A DNA stretch of 64,000 bases from Lachnospiraceae bacterium (GCA_051879215.1 JBJELP010000267.1:5028-69027); one strand, 5' to 3'; shown: positions 20,392 through 29,912, counted from the first letter of the stretch. Notes: generated by a model from the letters alone, not told the origin. Numbers and translations: made by a program.

Positions 20392-20432
20392 TCAAAAAAA
20401 CAGCAGGAAAATTGTCCTATTTTTCTGCTGTT
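20392..20432 (-). terminator. Rho-independent terminator of ftsH
   Basis: A 13-bp stem with one mismatch (AACAGCAGGAAAA / TTTTTCTGCTGTT) about 30 nt after the ftsH stop, followed on the minus strand by a T7 run. Confidence 0.7.
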
Positions 20433-20460
20433 TTCCATTATTTTCCTGTTTTACCGAATT

Positions 20461-22275
20461 TTACTGCATGCGGTTTTCAAACAATGCTTCGAATTCCTCA
20501 CGGCTGATTTTTTCCTTTTCCATCAGAAGTGCCGTACTGCTTTCCAGTACATCGCGATGTTCTTCAATAATGGCTTTGGCTTTGGCATAACACTCATCCA
20601 TGATCCGCTTTACTTCATCGTCAATTCTGGCAGCTACGGATTCACTGTAGGATCTGGTGTGTGCCAGATCACGTCCGATGAATACCTCATCATCATCACT
20701 TGCGTAATTGATCAGACCAAGGGACTCTGACATACCGTATTTGGTTACCATGCTTCGAGCCGTCTGGGTGGCCTGTTTGATATCCTGCGATGCACCGGTG
20801 GTTACATCTCCGAAGATAATTTCTTCTGCAATACGACCGCCCATGCTTACCATAATGTCCTGAAGCATTTCCCCTCTGGTGCGGAACATTTCATCCTCAC
20901 CGGGCAGAGGCATGGTATAACCTGCCGCTCCCATGCCGGTAGGAATGATGGATACCGTATGAACCGGTCCCACATCCGGCAGCACATGAAACAGAATCGC
21001 ATGACCGGATTCATGATATGCCGTAATCCGTTTTTCCTTTTCGGATACAAGACGGCTCTTCTTTTCTGCACCGATACCGACTTTGATGAATGCATGATTC
21101 ACATCGTCTCTGCTGATAAAAGGACGGTTCTCTCTGGCAGCACGGATTGCTGCTTCATTCAGCAGGTTTTCCAGGTCTGCTCCGGCAAAACCGGAAGTGG
21201 TAAGTGCCACCTGATGAAGGTCCACATCATCCGCCAGCGGTTTGGTTCTGGAATGAACTTTCAGAATCTCCTCACGGCCTCTGACATCCGGTCTGCCGAC
21301 ACCAACTTTCCGATCAAAACGACCGGGACGAAGAATCGCCGGATCCAGAATATCCACACGGTTGGTGGCGGCCAGAACAATAATTCCTTCATTCACACCG
21401 AATCCATCCATTTCAACCAGCAGCTGGTTCAGAGTCTGTTCTCTTTCATCATGACCGCCGCCCATACCGGCACCGCGCCGACGGGCTACAGCATCAATTT
21501 CATCAATGAAGATGATACAGGGGGCATTGCTTTTTGCCTCCTGAAACAGATCTCTTACACGGGATGCACCGACACCCACAAACATCTCCACGAAATCAGA
21601 ACCGGAAATGCTGAAGAACGGAACACCGGCTTCTCCTGCAACAGCTTTTGCCAGCAGAGTCTTACCGGTTCCGGGCGGGCCCACCAGAATCACACCCTTC
21701 GGAATCCGGGCTCCCAGATTGATATACTTTGCCGGATCCTTCAGAAAATCAACCAGTTCTTCCAGATCTTCTTTCTCTTCACTTAATCCGGCCACATCCT
21801 TAAATGTCACCGGATGTTTGCCGTCATCTCTGCGGGCACGGCTTTTACCGAAATTCATCATCCGGTTTCCGCCTCCGCTGCTCTGCATGGCCTGATTGTT
21901 CAGCATCAGAAAGATCATACCAATCAGAACAATGCCGCACAGAATCGGGAGAACGATGGTCAGCAGCCTGTTTTCCCGCTGCAGGGAACCGACTTCCACC
22001 GTAATACCGGCATCCTGAAGACGTTCCATCTCTGCATTAACGTCCACAACATTCAGTGAAATGGTCTTGCCCTCCTTTGTATGAAGGGTAAGCCGTCCGG
22101 TGGGAGTTTCCGCATTGGGTACAATTACCACACTGGAAACAGACTGAGATTCCACCAGTTTTTCATAGTCATTATAGGTACATGAATCTCCGTAAAACAT
22201 GCCGGAACCTGCATAGAAAAATACAAGCATCAGCAGAAACATCAACGGAAGAAAGAAATTTACTCTTTTTTTCAA
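20461..22275 (-). CDS. ftsH: ATP-dependent zinc metalloprotease FtsH
   Basis: Walker A GPPGTGKT, Walker [12 protein letters not shown], and zinc motif HESGHA. Confidence 0.95.
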   Translation of the reverse strand: MKKRVNFFLPLMFLLMLVFFYAGSGMFYGDSCTYNDYEKLVESQSVSSVVIVPNAETPTGRLTLHTKEGKTISLNVVDVNAEMERLQDAGITVEVGSLQRENRLLTIVLPILCGIVLIGMIFLMLNNQAMQSSGGGNRMMNFGKSRARRDDGKHPVTFKDVAGLSEEKEDLEELVDFLKDPAKYINLGARIPKGVILVGPPGTGKTLLAKAVAGEAGVPFFSISGSDFVEMFVGVGASRVRDLFQEAKSNAPCIIFIDEIDAVARRRGAGMGGGHDEREQTLNQLLVEMDGFGVNEGIIVLAATNRVDILDPAILRPGRFDRKVGVGRPDVRGREEILKVHSRTKPLADDVDLHQVALTTSGFAGADLENLLNEAAIRAARENRPFISRDDVNHAFIKVGIGAEKKSRLVSEKEKRITAYHESGHAILFHVLPDVGPVHTVSIIPTGMGAAGYTMPLPGEDEMFRTRGEMLQDIMVSMGGRIAEEIIFGDVTTGASQDIKQATQTARSMVTKYGMSESLGLINYASDDDEVFIGRDLAHTRSYSESVAARIDDEVKRIMDECYAKAKAIIEEHRDVLESSTALLMEKEKISREEFEALFENRMQ

Positions 22276-22290
22276 TTAAGAAATAACCTC

Positions 22291-22815
22291 CTAGTCAAAT
22301 TCAACCACACCGATATAAGGGAGGGTTCTGTATTTCTGATCGTAATCCAGACCATATCCCACAACAAATTCATCCGGAATCTGAAAAGCCGTATAATCAA
22401 CATTTACCGCTTTGACACGTCTGGAAGGCTTGTCAAGCAGCGTACAGATGCGGATACTTGCCGGATTTCTGTGTCTGAGAAGATCACACAGATGACTCAG
22501 GGTACGGCCCGAATCCACAATATCCTCCACAATCAGTACATCTTTGCCGTCCAGCGGTTCATCCAGATCTTTGTTGATTTTGATCACGCCGGATGACTCT
22601 GTGCCGCTGCCGTAACTGGACACAGACATAAAATCGCAGGAAACCGGTACGGTCATCCTCTTGGATAATTCACACATAAACCATGCTCCGCCTTTGAGGA
22701 TACAGATCATATGCACACTTTTTCCTTCATAATCTCTGCTGATTTTTGCGCCAAGCTCACTGATCTTCTGATCAACTTCTTCTTCCGATAATAAAACACG
22801 AACTTTCTCGCTCAT
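22291..22815 (-). CDS. hpt: Hypoxanthine(-guanine) phosphoribosyltransferase
   Basis: 174 aa. PRPP-binding motif VLIVEDIVDSGRT. Conserved position between tilS and ftsH. Confidence 0.9.
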   Translation of the reverse strand: MSEKVRVLLSEEEVDQKISELGAKISRDYEGKSVHMICILKGGAWFMCELSKRMTVPVSCDFMSVSSYGSGTESSGVIKINKDLDEPLDGKDVLIVEDIVDSGRTLSHLCDLLRHRNPASIRICTLLDKPSRRVKAVNVDYTAFQIPDEFVVGYGLDYDQKYRTLPYIGVVEFD

Positions 22816-22833
22816 ATCTACTCTCCTCTTACG

Positions 22834-24444
22834 TTATTTTATATCTGTTTTACGTTTCATCTCCAATACACGACAGGTATCCCCGCTGATTTTGTAACCG
22901 GCTGAGATTCTGCCGTCCGAAAGCCACAGAACATGGCTTCCCTCTGCCAGAAGCAGCATGGAGTCTCTTTCCGATGCCGGAATCTTCCGATCGATCATAT
23001 AGGACTTCACCGTCTTTTTCCCTCCGCCATCCAACAGGAAATAATCTCCCTGACGACGGGTCCGAAGGAAAAGTCCATCTTTTATTTTATCATAATCAAA
23101 CCATTTCGTATAGTTATTTTGCGGTATTTTTTCCCCATTATATGAAAAGATGCGAAAACTGTAGTTTTCTTCCATATCCGGCATCTCCGACTGAATCTTT
23201 ACAGGCTCTTCCGGATGGATACCATCTTCCCTGATGGGAATGCGGTATTCATTCATACAGCTTTCTTCCTTCGAACCAACCATTCTCATATATCGTTCTT
23301 CTGCCAGATCATGGGATATGTATGACGAGCCTGCAATACCGAATGTAACATACAGATTTCTGGATTTATCGGGATGTACCGGACGGAAAAGAAGCCAGTC
23401 ATACTGCTTTTCCACCACAATCCCTCCGGGCAGCTGAATCCAGCGGGAAGTAGCACCCTCTGCCAGTCTGTCAATCATCTGAAGATGAGCGTAACGAATA
23501 TCTTTAAACCGGTCGGAACCGATCACCCCCCGGCAGATCTGGATCAGAATCTCCCTTCGAAGAATCGGTTTTTCTGTCATAATAGAAGCAATATTAATTT
23601 TCACAGATGTATTTCCAGACAGAATCTTTCCATTCTTCCGGATCCATTTCATTGCCAGTTCTTCCATCAGTTCCTGGGCTTCCCGGATAAAAGTACCTGC
23701 CTGAACCACGTGGACAACAGCCTGGCCATTGATTTCTTTTTCGATGGCAGGAATAAGCAGATTACGGATTCGATTTCTCATATATGCATTCTGCAGATTG
23801 GTTTCATCGGTACGCCATTCGATTCCCCTGTCTCTCAGCCATTTTTCAATTTCTTTTCTCCTGACATCCAGAAACGGACGGATTACCCGCAGATTGTATG
23901 TCTTCCCCTGATGGGACACACAAAGGGTACGATCCGGATTCATCCCTCCGATTCCCCGAAGACTGCTTCCGCGAAAGAGGTTGTGAAGAATGGTTTCACA
24001 ATTATCATCCTTATGATGTGCCACCGCCACTGCCGCTGCCTGAATCTGACGGGCTGTCCGTGCAAAACAATAATACCGCAGACGGCGGGCTGCTTCTTCC
24101 TCGGAAAGTTTTTCCTTCTCTGCAAAAGAAGGAACATCTATTTTATGAACATACAGCGGAATTTTATTTTTCTGACACAGCTTTTTCACAAATTCCACAT
24201 CACCGTCGGCAGCTTCCCCACGGATGCCATGATTCACTGTAACTGCTGTAACGCTGATACCAAGAATCGGTTCCAGACGCTTCAGCACCAGCAGCAGACA
24301 GATGGAATCTGCCCCTCCTGAAACAGCTGCCAGAACCCGGTTTCCTTTCTGAAGCATCTGATGTCTTTTCATATAATTACAAACCTGATTCTCCAGGCTG
24401 TAATCAGACCAGGCAGATGCCTGTGTTTTTTTCCATTCAATCAT
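22834..24444 (-). CDS. tilS: tRNA(Ile)-lysidine synthetase
   Basis: PP-loop SGGADS near the N-terminus, and a C-terminal TilS domain. Start set at ATG 24444 (MIEWKK...); the longer ORF has no RBS. The exact start is uncertain. Confidence 0.85.
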   Translation of the reverse strand: MIEWKKTQASAWSDYSLENQVCNYMKRHQMLQKGNRVLAAVSGGADSICLLLVLKRLEPILGISVTAVTVNHGIRGEAADGDVEFVKKLCQKNKIPLYVHKIDVPSFAEKEKLSEEEAARRLRYYCFARTARQIQAAAVAVAHHKDDNCETILHNLFRGSSLRGIGGMNPDRTLCVSHQGKTYNLRVIRPFLDVRRKEIEKWLRDRGIEWRTDETNLQNAYMRNRIRNLLIPAIEKEINGQAVVHVVQAGTFIREAQELMEELAMKWIRKNGKILSGNTSVKINIASIMTEKPILRREILIQICRGVIGSDRFKDIRYAHLQMIDRLAEGATSRWIQLPGGIVVEKQYDWLLFRPVHPDKSRNLYVTFGIAGSSYISHDLAEERYMRMVGSKEESCMNEYRIPIREDGIHPEEPVKIQSEMPDMEENYSFRIFSYNGEKIPQNNYTKWFDYDKIKDGLFLRTRRQGDYFLLDGGGKKTVKSYMIDRKIPASERDSMLLLAEGSHVLWLSDGRISAGYKISGDTCRVLEMKRKTDIK

Positions 24445-24596
24445 AATACAGTTCCTTTTTTCTGAAAATCCTTTTTCATATACAGCTATCCGGCAAAACA
24501 CCATTTCAGCTGAGCAATGTACCAAATCAAATCCCAAATATCATACCATATTTTTTCAGTATATAGAAAGAATTTTTCCAGAGAAAATACATGGAG

Positions 24597-26369
24597 TCAG
24601 ATTTTCCAGATTCCGGCTGTCAGTATCGTCATATCATCCCGGATCCGATCATCCAGAAGCATCAGCTGATCCATGAGCCAGTCTGCCATTTCCTGCGCAT
24701 TCTGCATTTTACAGGAAGCAATCAGATCCTTCAGAATTTCATCCGAAGCCAGCCCTGCTTTTTCTGCAACACCATCTGTCATGAAAATCAGCATATCTCC
24801 TTTTTCCAGTTTTTCTTCAACCATGTACTCCGCATCTTCCGGCTTCCACAAAAACATTCCCAGCGGTACTGTCTGTCCTTTGATTGCAGATACCGATGTC
24901 CCCCGTTTCAGATATCCGGCAACAGCACCCATCTTCAGAAACTGCGCCACGCCGCTGTAAAGATCAATGAGACACAAATCCAATGTGGTGGGAGACTGAC
25001 TGAGTCTTCCCGACAGCAGCACCTGATTGGTCATGGTCACTGCCGCCTGCAGAGAAAATCCATTTTCCAGAAGTTTTTCCAGAAGTTCAATGGTCATCCG
25101 GCTTTCCATTTCTGCCTGTTTTCCTGTACCCATTCCATCTGCCAGGCATAAAAGAATCTGTCCTTCACCGACATGTCCGGCAGAAAAACTGTCACCTGAA
25201 CAGAGATTTTCTTTTTTATATTTTCTTGTCACACCGTAAAGGACCTGAAATTCCGGCTTTTCTGTAAAATGCATGACCGCTTCCTGTTCTCCCAGCACCG
25301 CCCGGCAGTCATAGGCCGGCTGAAACCTCTTTTTTCTTTCCGTCCGCATCATGGCCGCAACCTTCTGCGCAGAAAAATGCTGCCCTTTTCTGCATTGCAG
25401 AACCGCATCAATTTCCTGTTGTCCTCCGGGGCCTTCCGTAACCATAAGCCGTTTGATTCGAATCCCATTCTTTCTGAGTGATTCTGTTATTTTCCTGCGA
25501 TACCCTTCCGTCAGATCACGGCTTTCCATGATATTCCGCTGCTGATTTTCAATAATGGCACCAATCTGTTCAAACTGCAGTCCGATCACACTTCTGCACT
25601 CCATAAATCGATGTTTCCATTCCTCCGCACTCATATCATCCGGAAAACGGTAATGCATCATCATTCCCTGATCATCAAAGCAATCTGCCAGGGAATGAAG
25701 CTGGTCTGCCATACGTTTCCAGCTTCTTTCCACCCGCATTTTATAAAAGTCCCCCTCTGTATCCCCCAGAAACAGATGAATTCCATATATTTCCTGATTT
25801 CCGATCTTTCCGGGAGCCAGAGTGGCGGCACTTTCTCCTGCAGAATCTTTTTTTCCTGCTATTCCTCTTTTTTCAGAGCACCTTCTGTCCCATTCACGGG
25901 AACGCTTCCTAATTTGTTCCGGTGAAATAATCAGAAAAATAACCAGTACCATCATCTGCTGCTGAAAGTCCAGTCCGGACAACCCTTGTTTCAGGCAGAT
26001 CCATACTGCTGCATATCCTGCCAGCCAGGTGACCGCTGCATATCCTTTTCCCAGTTTCCGAAAACAGCCGCTGAAAAATGCACCTGCCATGCAGGCTGCA
26101 ATGGCGGGAATACCGTTTCCGTATGTCAGGACCATCCGGTTATCCGACAAAACTGCACTGTGGCTTAACAGATACCACTGCAGCAGACCACCTGCAGACC
26201 CTGCTGTCAGCCCCCAGACCGGACCTGCATAATATCCTGCCATTAATGCAAAAATGCAGACAAGTGTCTGTACCCAGTCAACCCACGCGGTTCGATCTCC
26301 AAGCAATACCATCAAAACAACTGTTGCCGCCGCTGCCAGAAACGTCTTTATCCACTCTTTCTTACTCAC
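24597..26369 (-). CDS. spoIIE: SpoIIE-type PP2C protein phosphatase with a polytopic N-terminal membrane domain (short form, 590 aa)
   Basis: GTG start at 26369, 8 nt after AAGGAG. Multiple TM helices, and a C-terminal PP2C/SpoIIE domain (CSGDSF...LADGMGTG...FMTDGV...RDDMTIL). Canonical position upstream of tilS-hpt-ftsH. Confidence 0.75.
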   Translation of the reverse strand: MSKKEWIKTFLAAAATVVLMVLLGDRTAWVDWVQTLVCIFALMAGYYAGPVWGLTAGSAGGLLQWYLLSHSAVLSDNRMVLTYGNGIPAIAACMAGAFFSGCFRKLGKGYAAVTWLAGYAAVWICLKQGLSGLDFQQQMMVLVIFLIISPEQIRKRSREWDRRCSEKRGIAGKKDSAGESAATLAPGKIGNQEIYGIHLFLGDTEGDFYKMRVERSWKRMADQLHSLADCFDDQGMMMHYRFPDDMSAEEWKHRFMECRSVIGLQFEQIGAIIENQQRNIMESRDLTEGYRRKITESLRKNGIRIKRLMVTEGPGGQQEIDAVLQCRKGQHFSAQKVAAMMRTERKKRFQPAYDCRAVLGEQEAVMHFTEKPEFQVLYGVTRKYKKENLCSGDSFSAGHVGEGQILLCLADGMGTGKQAEMESRMTIELLEKLLENGFSLQAAVTMTNQVLLSGRLSQSPTTLDLCLIDLYSGVAQFLKMGAVAGYLKRGTSVSAIKGQTVPLGMFLWKPEDAEYMVEEKLEKGDMLIFMTDGVAEKAGLASDEILKDLIASCKMQNAQEMADWLMDQLMLLDDRIRDDMTILTAGIWKI

Positions 26370-26452
26370 TGCATAGTCTCCTTTTCTGAAATATCTTTAA
26401 AATAAAACGGAAAACCGTTTCTCTGATTTCAAAAAAAGGCAATCCTGCAGTT

Positions 26453-27004
26453 TCAGCTTTCCATCTGCTTTCCCAGAAAGCCGGCAGCTGCAGCCGCAAG
26501 CTTCTGTTCGGTCTCACCCATTTTCTTTCTGTTATCCCTGCTCATCATGCTGACTGCCCCAATGGCATCCCCTTCACAGAGTATCGGATACAGAACGATG
26601 CCGGTATATTCTCCCCGATCTCCGCTGATAATGGAAACTCCTTTTTCACTTTCCCTGGAACCGGGCAGAATAACCGTCCTGCTGGAAATCAGATTTTCCA
26701 TCTGTTTGCTGATCTGCTTTCCCTGTATTTCTTTTTTAATTCCACCGGAAACTGCAAGAATCTGCTCCCGGTCCATGATGCATACCATATGTCCGGTGGT
26801 CTGTGCCAGGGTATCCGCATACTGTCTTGCAAAATCCCCCAGATCCTCCATGGGGGAATATTTTTTCAGAACAATTCTGCCTTCTGTATCGGTATAAATT
26901 TCCAGTGGTGTTCCTTCCCGAAGCCGCAGTGTTCTGCGAATTTCCTTCGGAATAACAATTCTGCCGAGATCATCGATCCGGCGAACAATTCCCGTAGCTT
27001 TCAT
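26453..27004 (-). CDS. spoVT: Stage V sporulation protein T (AbrB-type SpoVT N-domain + GAF-like C-domain)
   Basis: MKATGIVRRIDDLGRIVIPKEIRRTLRLREG is the swapped-hairpin AbrB/SpoVT motif. The 183-aa length fits SpoVT. RBS GGAGGAG. Confidence 0.85.
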   Translation of the reverse strand: MKATGIVRRIDDLGRIVIPKEIRRTLRLREGTPLEIYTDTEGRIVLKKYSPMEDLGDFARQYADTLAQTTGHMVCIMDREQILAVSGGIKKEIQGKQISKQMENLISSRTVILPGSRESEKGVSIISGDRGEYTGIVLYPILCEGDAIGAVSMMSRDNRKKMGETEQKLAAAAAGFLGKQMES

Positions 27005-27038
27005 AACAAAAACTCCTCCATCTACAGTACCTTATGAC

Positions 27039-27086
27039 TTTACTTTCCGTTTCTGGAAATAGTATCTGTAAATGGAGGTGTTTTAT
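27039..27086 (+). repeat. 48-bp direct repeat, copy A (in the spoVT upstream region)
   Basis: tttactttccgtttcTggaaaTagtatctgtaaatggaggTgttttat matches copy B at 45 of 48 positions in the same orientation. Confidence 0.9.
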
Positions 27087-27186
27087 TCTATGCTTAACTA
27101 TTTCAAAATATTTTTAAATACTTATTGCACATCAGCAGGAACCGTGTTATTATCTGTTTAAAGAAATTTTTAAACAGGTGTATTTG

Positions 27187-27456
27187 ATGAAAGAAACGAA
27201 TATATTCAAAGTGCTGGCAGACAGTCAGCGGCGGGAGATTCTCACGATGCTGAAGGATGAGCGATTAAATGCCGGAGAAATTGCTGAGAAATTACAGATT
27301 ACACCGGCAGCGCTTTCCTATCATTTAAAACTGTTGAAAAATGCGGATCTGATTTCTGAATACAGAGAAAAAAACTTTATCTATTACGAAATCAATACCA
27401 CAGTTTTTGACGAGCTGATCTTATGGGTAAACCAGTTTGGAGGTAGAAAAGGATGA
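27187..27456 (+). CDS. ArsR/SmtB-family HTH regulator, SdpR-like autorepressor
   Basis: KVLADSQRREILTMLKDERLNAGEIAEKLQITPAALSYHLKLLKNADLI is a classic ArsR wHTH. 4-nt overlap with the downstream sdpI-like gene. Confidence 0.8.
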   Translation: MKETNIFKVLADSQRREILTMLKDERLNAGEIAEKLQITPAALSYHLKLLKNADLISEYREKNFIYYEINTTVFDELILWVNQFGGRKG

Positions 27457-28157
27457 AGAAGATCATGTGGTTTGCAGCGATTATACCATCTGTTATTACG
27501 TGTATTGTATTACAGTTCATGCCGGAGACGATACCTATGCACTATGATCTGGCAGGAAATATTGACCGATGGGGCAGCAAGGCGGAAGAATTTGTTTTCC
27601 CGGCAATTATTTTATTGGTTACCTTCTTCTGGCATCTGATGATCCGTGTATTTGAGAAAAAGGCAATGAAAGCAGAAACAGAAAAAGAACAGATGGAAGC
27701 CGGATCCAATGCAAAGCTATTGTGTATTGTCGGTCTTTCTCAGGCAATTATGTTTGGTATCATGCATTGCTTTTCTTTATACTCCTCTTACATGGAGGCG
27801 AATTCCGGAAGCACCAGAGCTGTAGTCGATATCGCAAAGGTGTCCTGTATTCTCTGCGGTGCAATGCTTATCGTAATTGGAAATTATCTGACAAAGTCAA
27901 GGATCAATTCATCGGTCGGACTTCGTACCGTCTGGAGCATGTATAACGATACCACCTGGAGAAAAAGCAACCGTATTTGCGCCATCAGCCTGATGGCAGC
28001 CGGATTACTGACCATCGTGACAACTGTATTTGCAAGCGGAATGATCAGCACGGTTCTTCTGCTCGTATATATACTGCTGGCGACAATTGTTTCCTGTGTG
28101 TATTCCAAAAAAGTATATGATCAGGAAATAAAGAAGGAAAATAAAAAAGAAGTCTGA
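27453..28157 (+). CDS. SdpI-family membrane protein (DUF1648 N-terminal region + SdpI immunity-type domain)
   Basis: MPETIPMHYDLAGNIDRWGSK (DUF1648-like) and GLRTVWSMYNDTTWRKSNR (SdpI-like), with about six TM helices. Confidence 0.7.
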   Translation: MKKIMWFAAIIPSVITCIVLQFMPETIPMHYDLAGNIDRWGSKAEEFVFPAIILLVTFFWHLMIRVFEKKAMKAETEKEQMEAGSNAKLLCIVGLSQAIMFGIMHCFSLYSSYMEANSGSTRAVVDIAKVSCILCGAMLIVIGNYLTKSRINSSVGLRTVWSMYNDTTWRKSNRICAISLMAAGLLTIVTTVFASGMISTVLLLVYILLATIVSCVYSKKVYDQEIKKENKKEV

Positions 28158-28195
28158 ATTGGTTATGGAATTGAATAAAAATGAGGGTTTATGTA

Positions 28196-28909
28196 ATGAA
28201 AAAGAAAATCGTATATATTGCAGCACCGCTTCTGGCTCTGTTCCTGGTGTCCGTATGGTACATCAATGATTACTACCACAGCGACGAATCCGTACAGCAA
28301 TATTTCAGTCAGAATGGTGAGGTTTCCATCTCCGAAATAAAAGACGGTCTGTTTCTGGATGGACCGGGAACAGAAAACGCACTGATCTTTTACCCCGGTG
28401 CAAAGGTGGAATATACAGCATATCTTCCTCTGTTATACCGGACAGCAGAGCAGGGAACCGATGTCTTTCTGGTGAAAATGCCCTGCAATCTGGCTATTCT
28501 GGACAAAAACCGTGCAGACAAGATTCTGGAAGCCTATAACTACAAACACTGGTATCTGGGCGGTCACTCCCTTGGCGGCGCCATGGCAGCAGACTACTGT
28601 GTTTCCAATACCCACAGACTGGACGGCCTGGTACTGCTGGCTGCTTATCCCACAAAAAACCTCCGAACCGAAGGATTTTCTGTACTTTCGGTTTACGGCA
28701 GTGAAGATCATGTACTGAATATGGAAAAATATGAACAGGGAAAACCGTTTTTACCAGAGGACTTCACCGAAATGTGTATCCCCGGCGGAAACCATGCCCA
28801 ATTCGGAAACTACGGTCTGCAGAAAGGAGACGGAACTGCATCTATTTCAGCAGAAGAACAGCAGGCACAGACCGCTCTGGCCATCAGCAATATGGTGACG
28901 GCCAAGTAG
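28196..28909 (+). CDS. Alpha/beta-fold hydrolase with an N-terminal signal/TM anchor
   Basis: Nucleophile elbow GHSLGG, then late Asp/His regions (GSEDHV, GGNHAQFG). ATG at 28196 sits 8 nt after GAGGG. Confidence 0.75.
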   Translation: MKKKIVYIAAPLLALFLVSVWYINDYYHSDESVQQYFSQNGEVSISEIKDGLFLDGPGTENALIFYPGAKVEYTAYLPLLYRTAEQGTDVFLVKMPCNLAILDKNRADKILEAYNYKHWYLGGHSLGGAMAADYCVSNTHRLDGLVLLAAYPTKNLRTEGFSVLSVYGSEDHVLNMEKYEQGKPFLPEDFTEMCIPGGNHAQFGNYGLQKGDGTASISAEEQQAQTALAISNMVTAK

Positions 28910-29074
28910 GGCTGTAATATTGAGAAAGTATGCAAAACACACGCCCTTTTTCCGGGTTCACATGAATCAAGACGGTATTCCTATGTATATATTGCCAGAT
29001 TTGATTATGCGCAAGTTTAATTACATTCTATTTTTTGATTATACGCATTCTCCCACGAAGCAATCGCTCTGGAG

Positions 29075-29122
29075 TTTACTTTCCGTTTCCGGAAAGAGTA
29101 TCTGTAAATGGAGGGGTTTTAT
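29075..29122 (+). repeat. 48-bp direct repeat, copy B
   Basis: tttactttccgtttcCggaaaGagtatctgtaaatggaggGgttttat. Contains a perfect 7-bp hairpin CTTTCCG-tttc-CGGAAAG. Confidence 0.9.
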
Positions 29123-29373
29123 ACCGACCTTTTCTTGTTCTTCTGATTCTGTTATCAATACATGTGATTCAAAACAGAAAATCACTTTTCACTTCGCTTT
29201 CAATTGTACAACTATGCACAAAATCATCTAATTCATAATTGATTTTATGATAATTTTTATAGGATTTATCCGAATCCCCAGACGGTGATACGAAAAAAGT
29301 ATTCAAAGGATAGACCCCTTTTCCAGGCTCCGGGAGTCATTACGTAGAAAATAGAGAATCTGAACAGCCCGTA

Positions 29374-29402
29374 TTGACACTGCCGGAAAACGGACGTATA
29401 AT
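29374..29402 (+). promoter_or_regulatory. Perfect sigma-A consensus promoter: TTGACA, 17-nt spacer, TATAAT
   Basis: TTGACA at 29374-29379, a 17-nt spacer, and TATAAT at 29397-29402. It is followed within about 30 nt by the dyad TCGTTAA-tatt-TTAACGA. Confidence 0.6.
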
Positions 29403-29492
29403 TTTAATCGTTGAATTCGTTAATATTTTAACGATAATATTTATCAGCGGTTTTGCCGCACCCGGAGATAAGAAAGGAAAAAGGAGTAAGTT

Positions 29493-29765
29493 ATGAAAAA
29501 GAACACCGCTACACTTTATGATTCTGTTACAAATGATCGTGCAATCAGCAATACCATCGAAGATTTTCTGATTAACGAAGCTGTCAGCGGACCCACTGTT
29601 ACCATCAGCATGGTTATTGAATTACTGAAGATTATCAGAAACAGACTGTCCCTTGGTCAGGAAATCACCATGGAAAAGACCGGTTCTGTTCTGACTGCTG
29701 AGAATTTTGAAGAATATCTGAGAAATAATTTTTCTGAATATATCCACGATGAAGTTCTGAAATAA
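29493..29765 (+). CDS. Hypothetical 90-aa acidic cytoplasmic protein (no family recognised)
   Basis: AAGGAG lies 6 nt upstream of the ATG. It has a dedicated consensus promoter and a strong terminator. No TM or signal sequence. Confidence 0.6.
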   Translation: MKKNTATLYDSVTNDRAISNTIEDFLINEAVSGPTVTISMVIELLKIIRNRLSLGQEITMEKTGSVLTAENFEEYLRNNFSEYIHDEVLK

Positions 29766-29799
29766 TTCCTCCATCTCAAAAATAAATCACTCCCTCATC

Positions 29800-29847
29800 A
29801 AAAAAGATGTCCGGACGGCATTTCTGCCGCTCCGGACATCTTTTTTG
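29800..29847. terminator. Strong bidirectional rho-independent terminator
   Basis: GATGTCCGGA(CGGCAtttcTGCCG)cTCCGGACATC, flanked by an A5 run upstream and a T6 run downstream. Lies between the convergent 90-aa gene and malQ. Confidence 0.8.
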
Positions 29848-29912
29848 GTTTAACCCATGTGAGTGATGCCGTAGTTAAAAGGTTTTTGAAGTCCTGAAAT
29901 CTTTAATCCCTG

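Noticed and set aside
28920-29238. Track ORFs of 103 aa (28920-29231) and 67 aa (29035-29238) in the AT-rich spacer after the hydrolase gene.
   Set aside because: They have non-ATG or weak starts, no RBS, and low-complexity, Phe/Ile/Ser-rich sequences that overlap each other in different frames. The region is better described as non-coding DNA containing repeat copy B.
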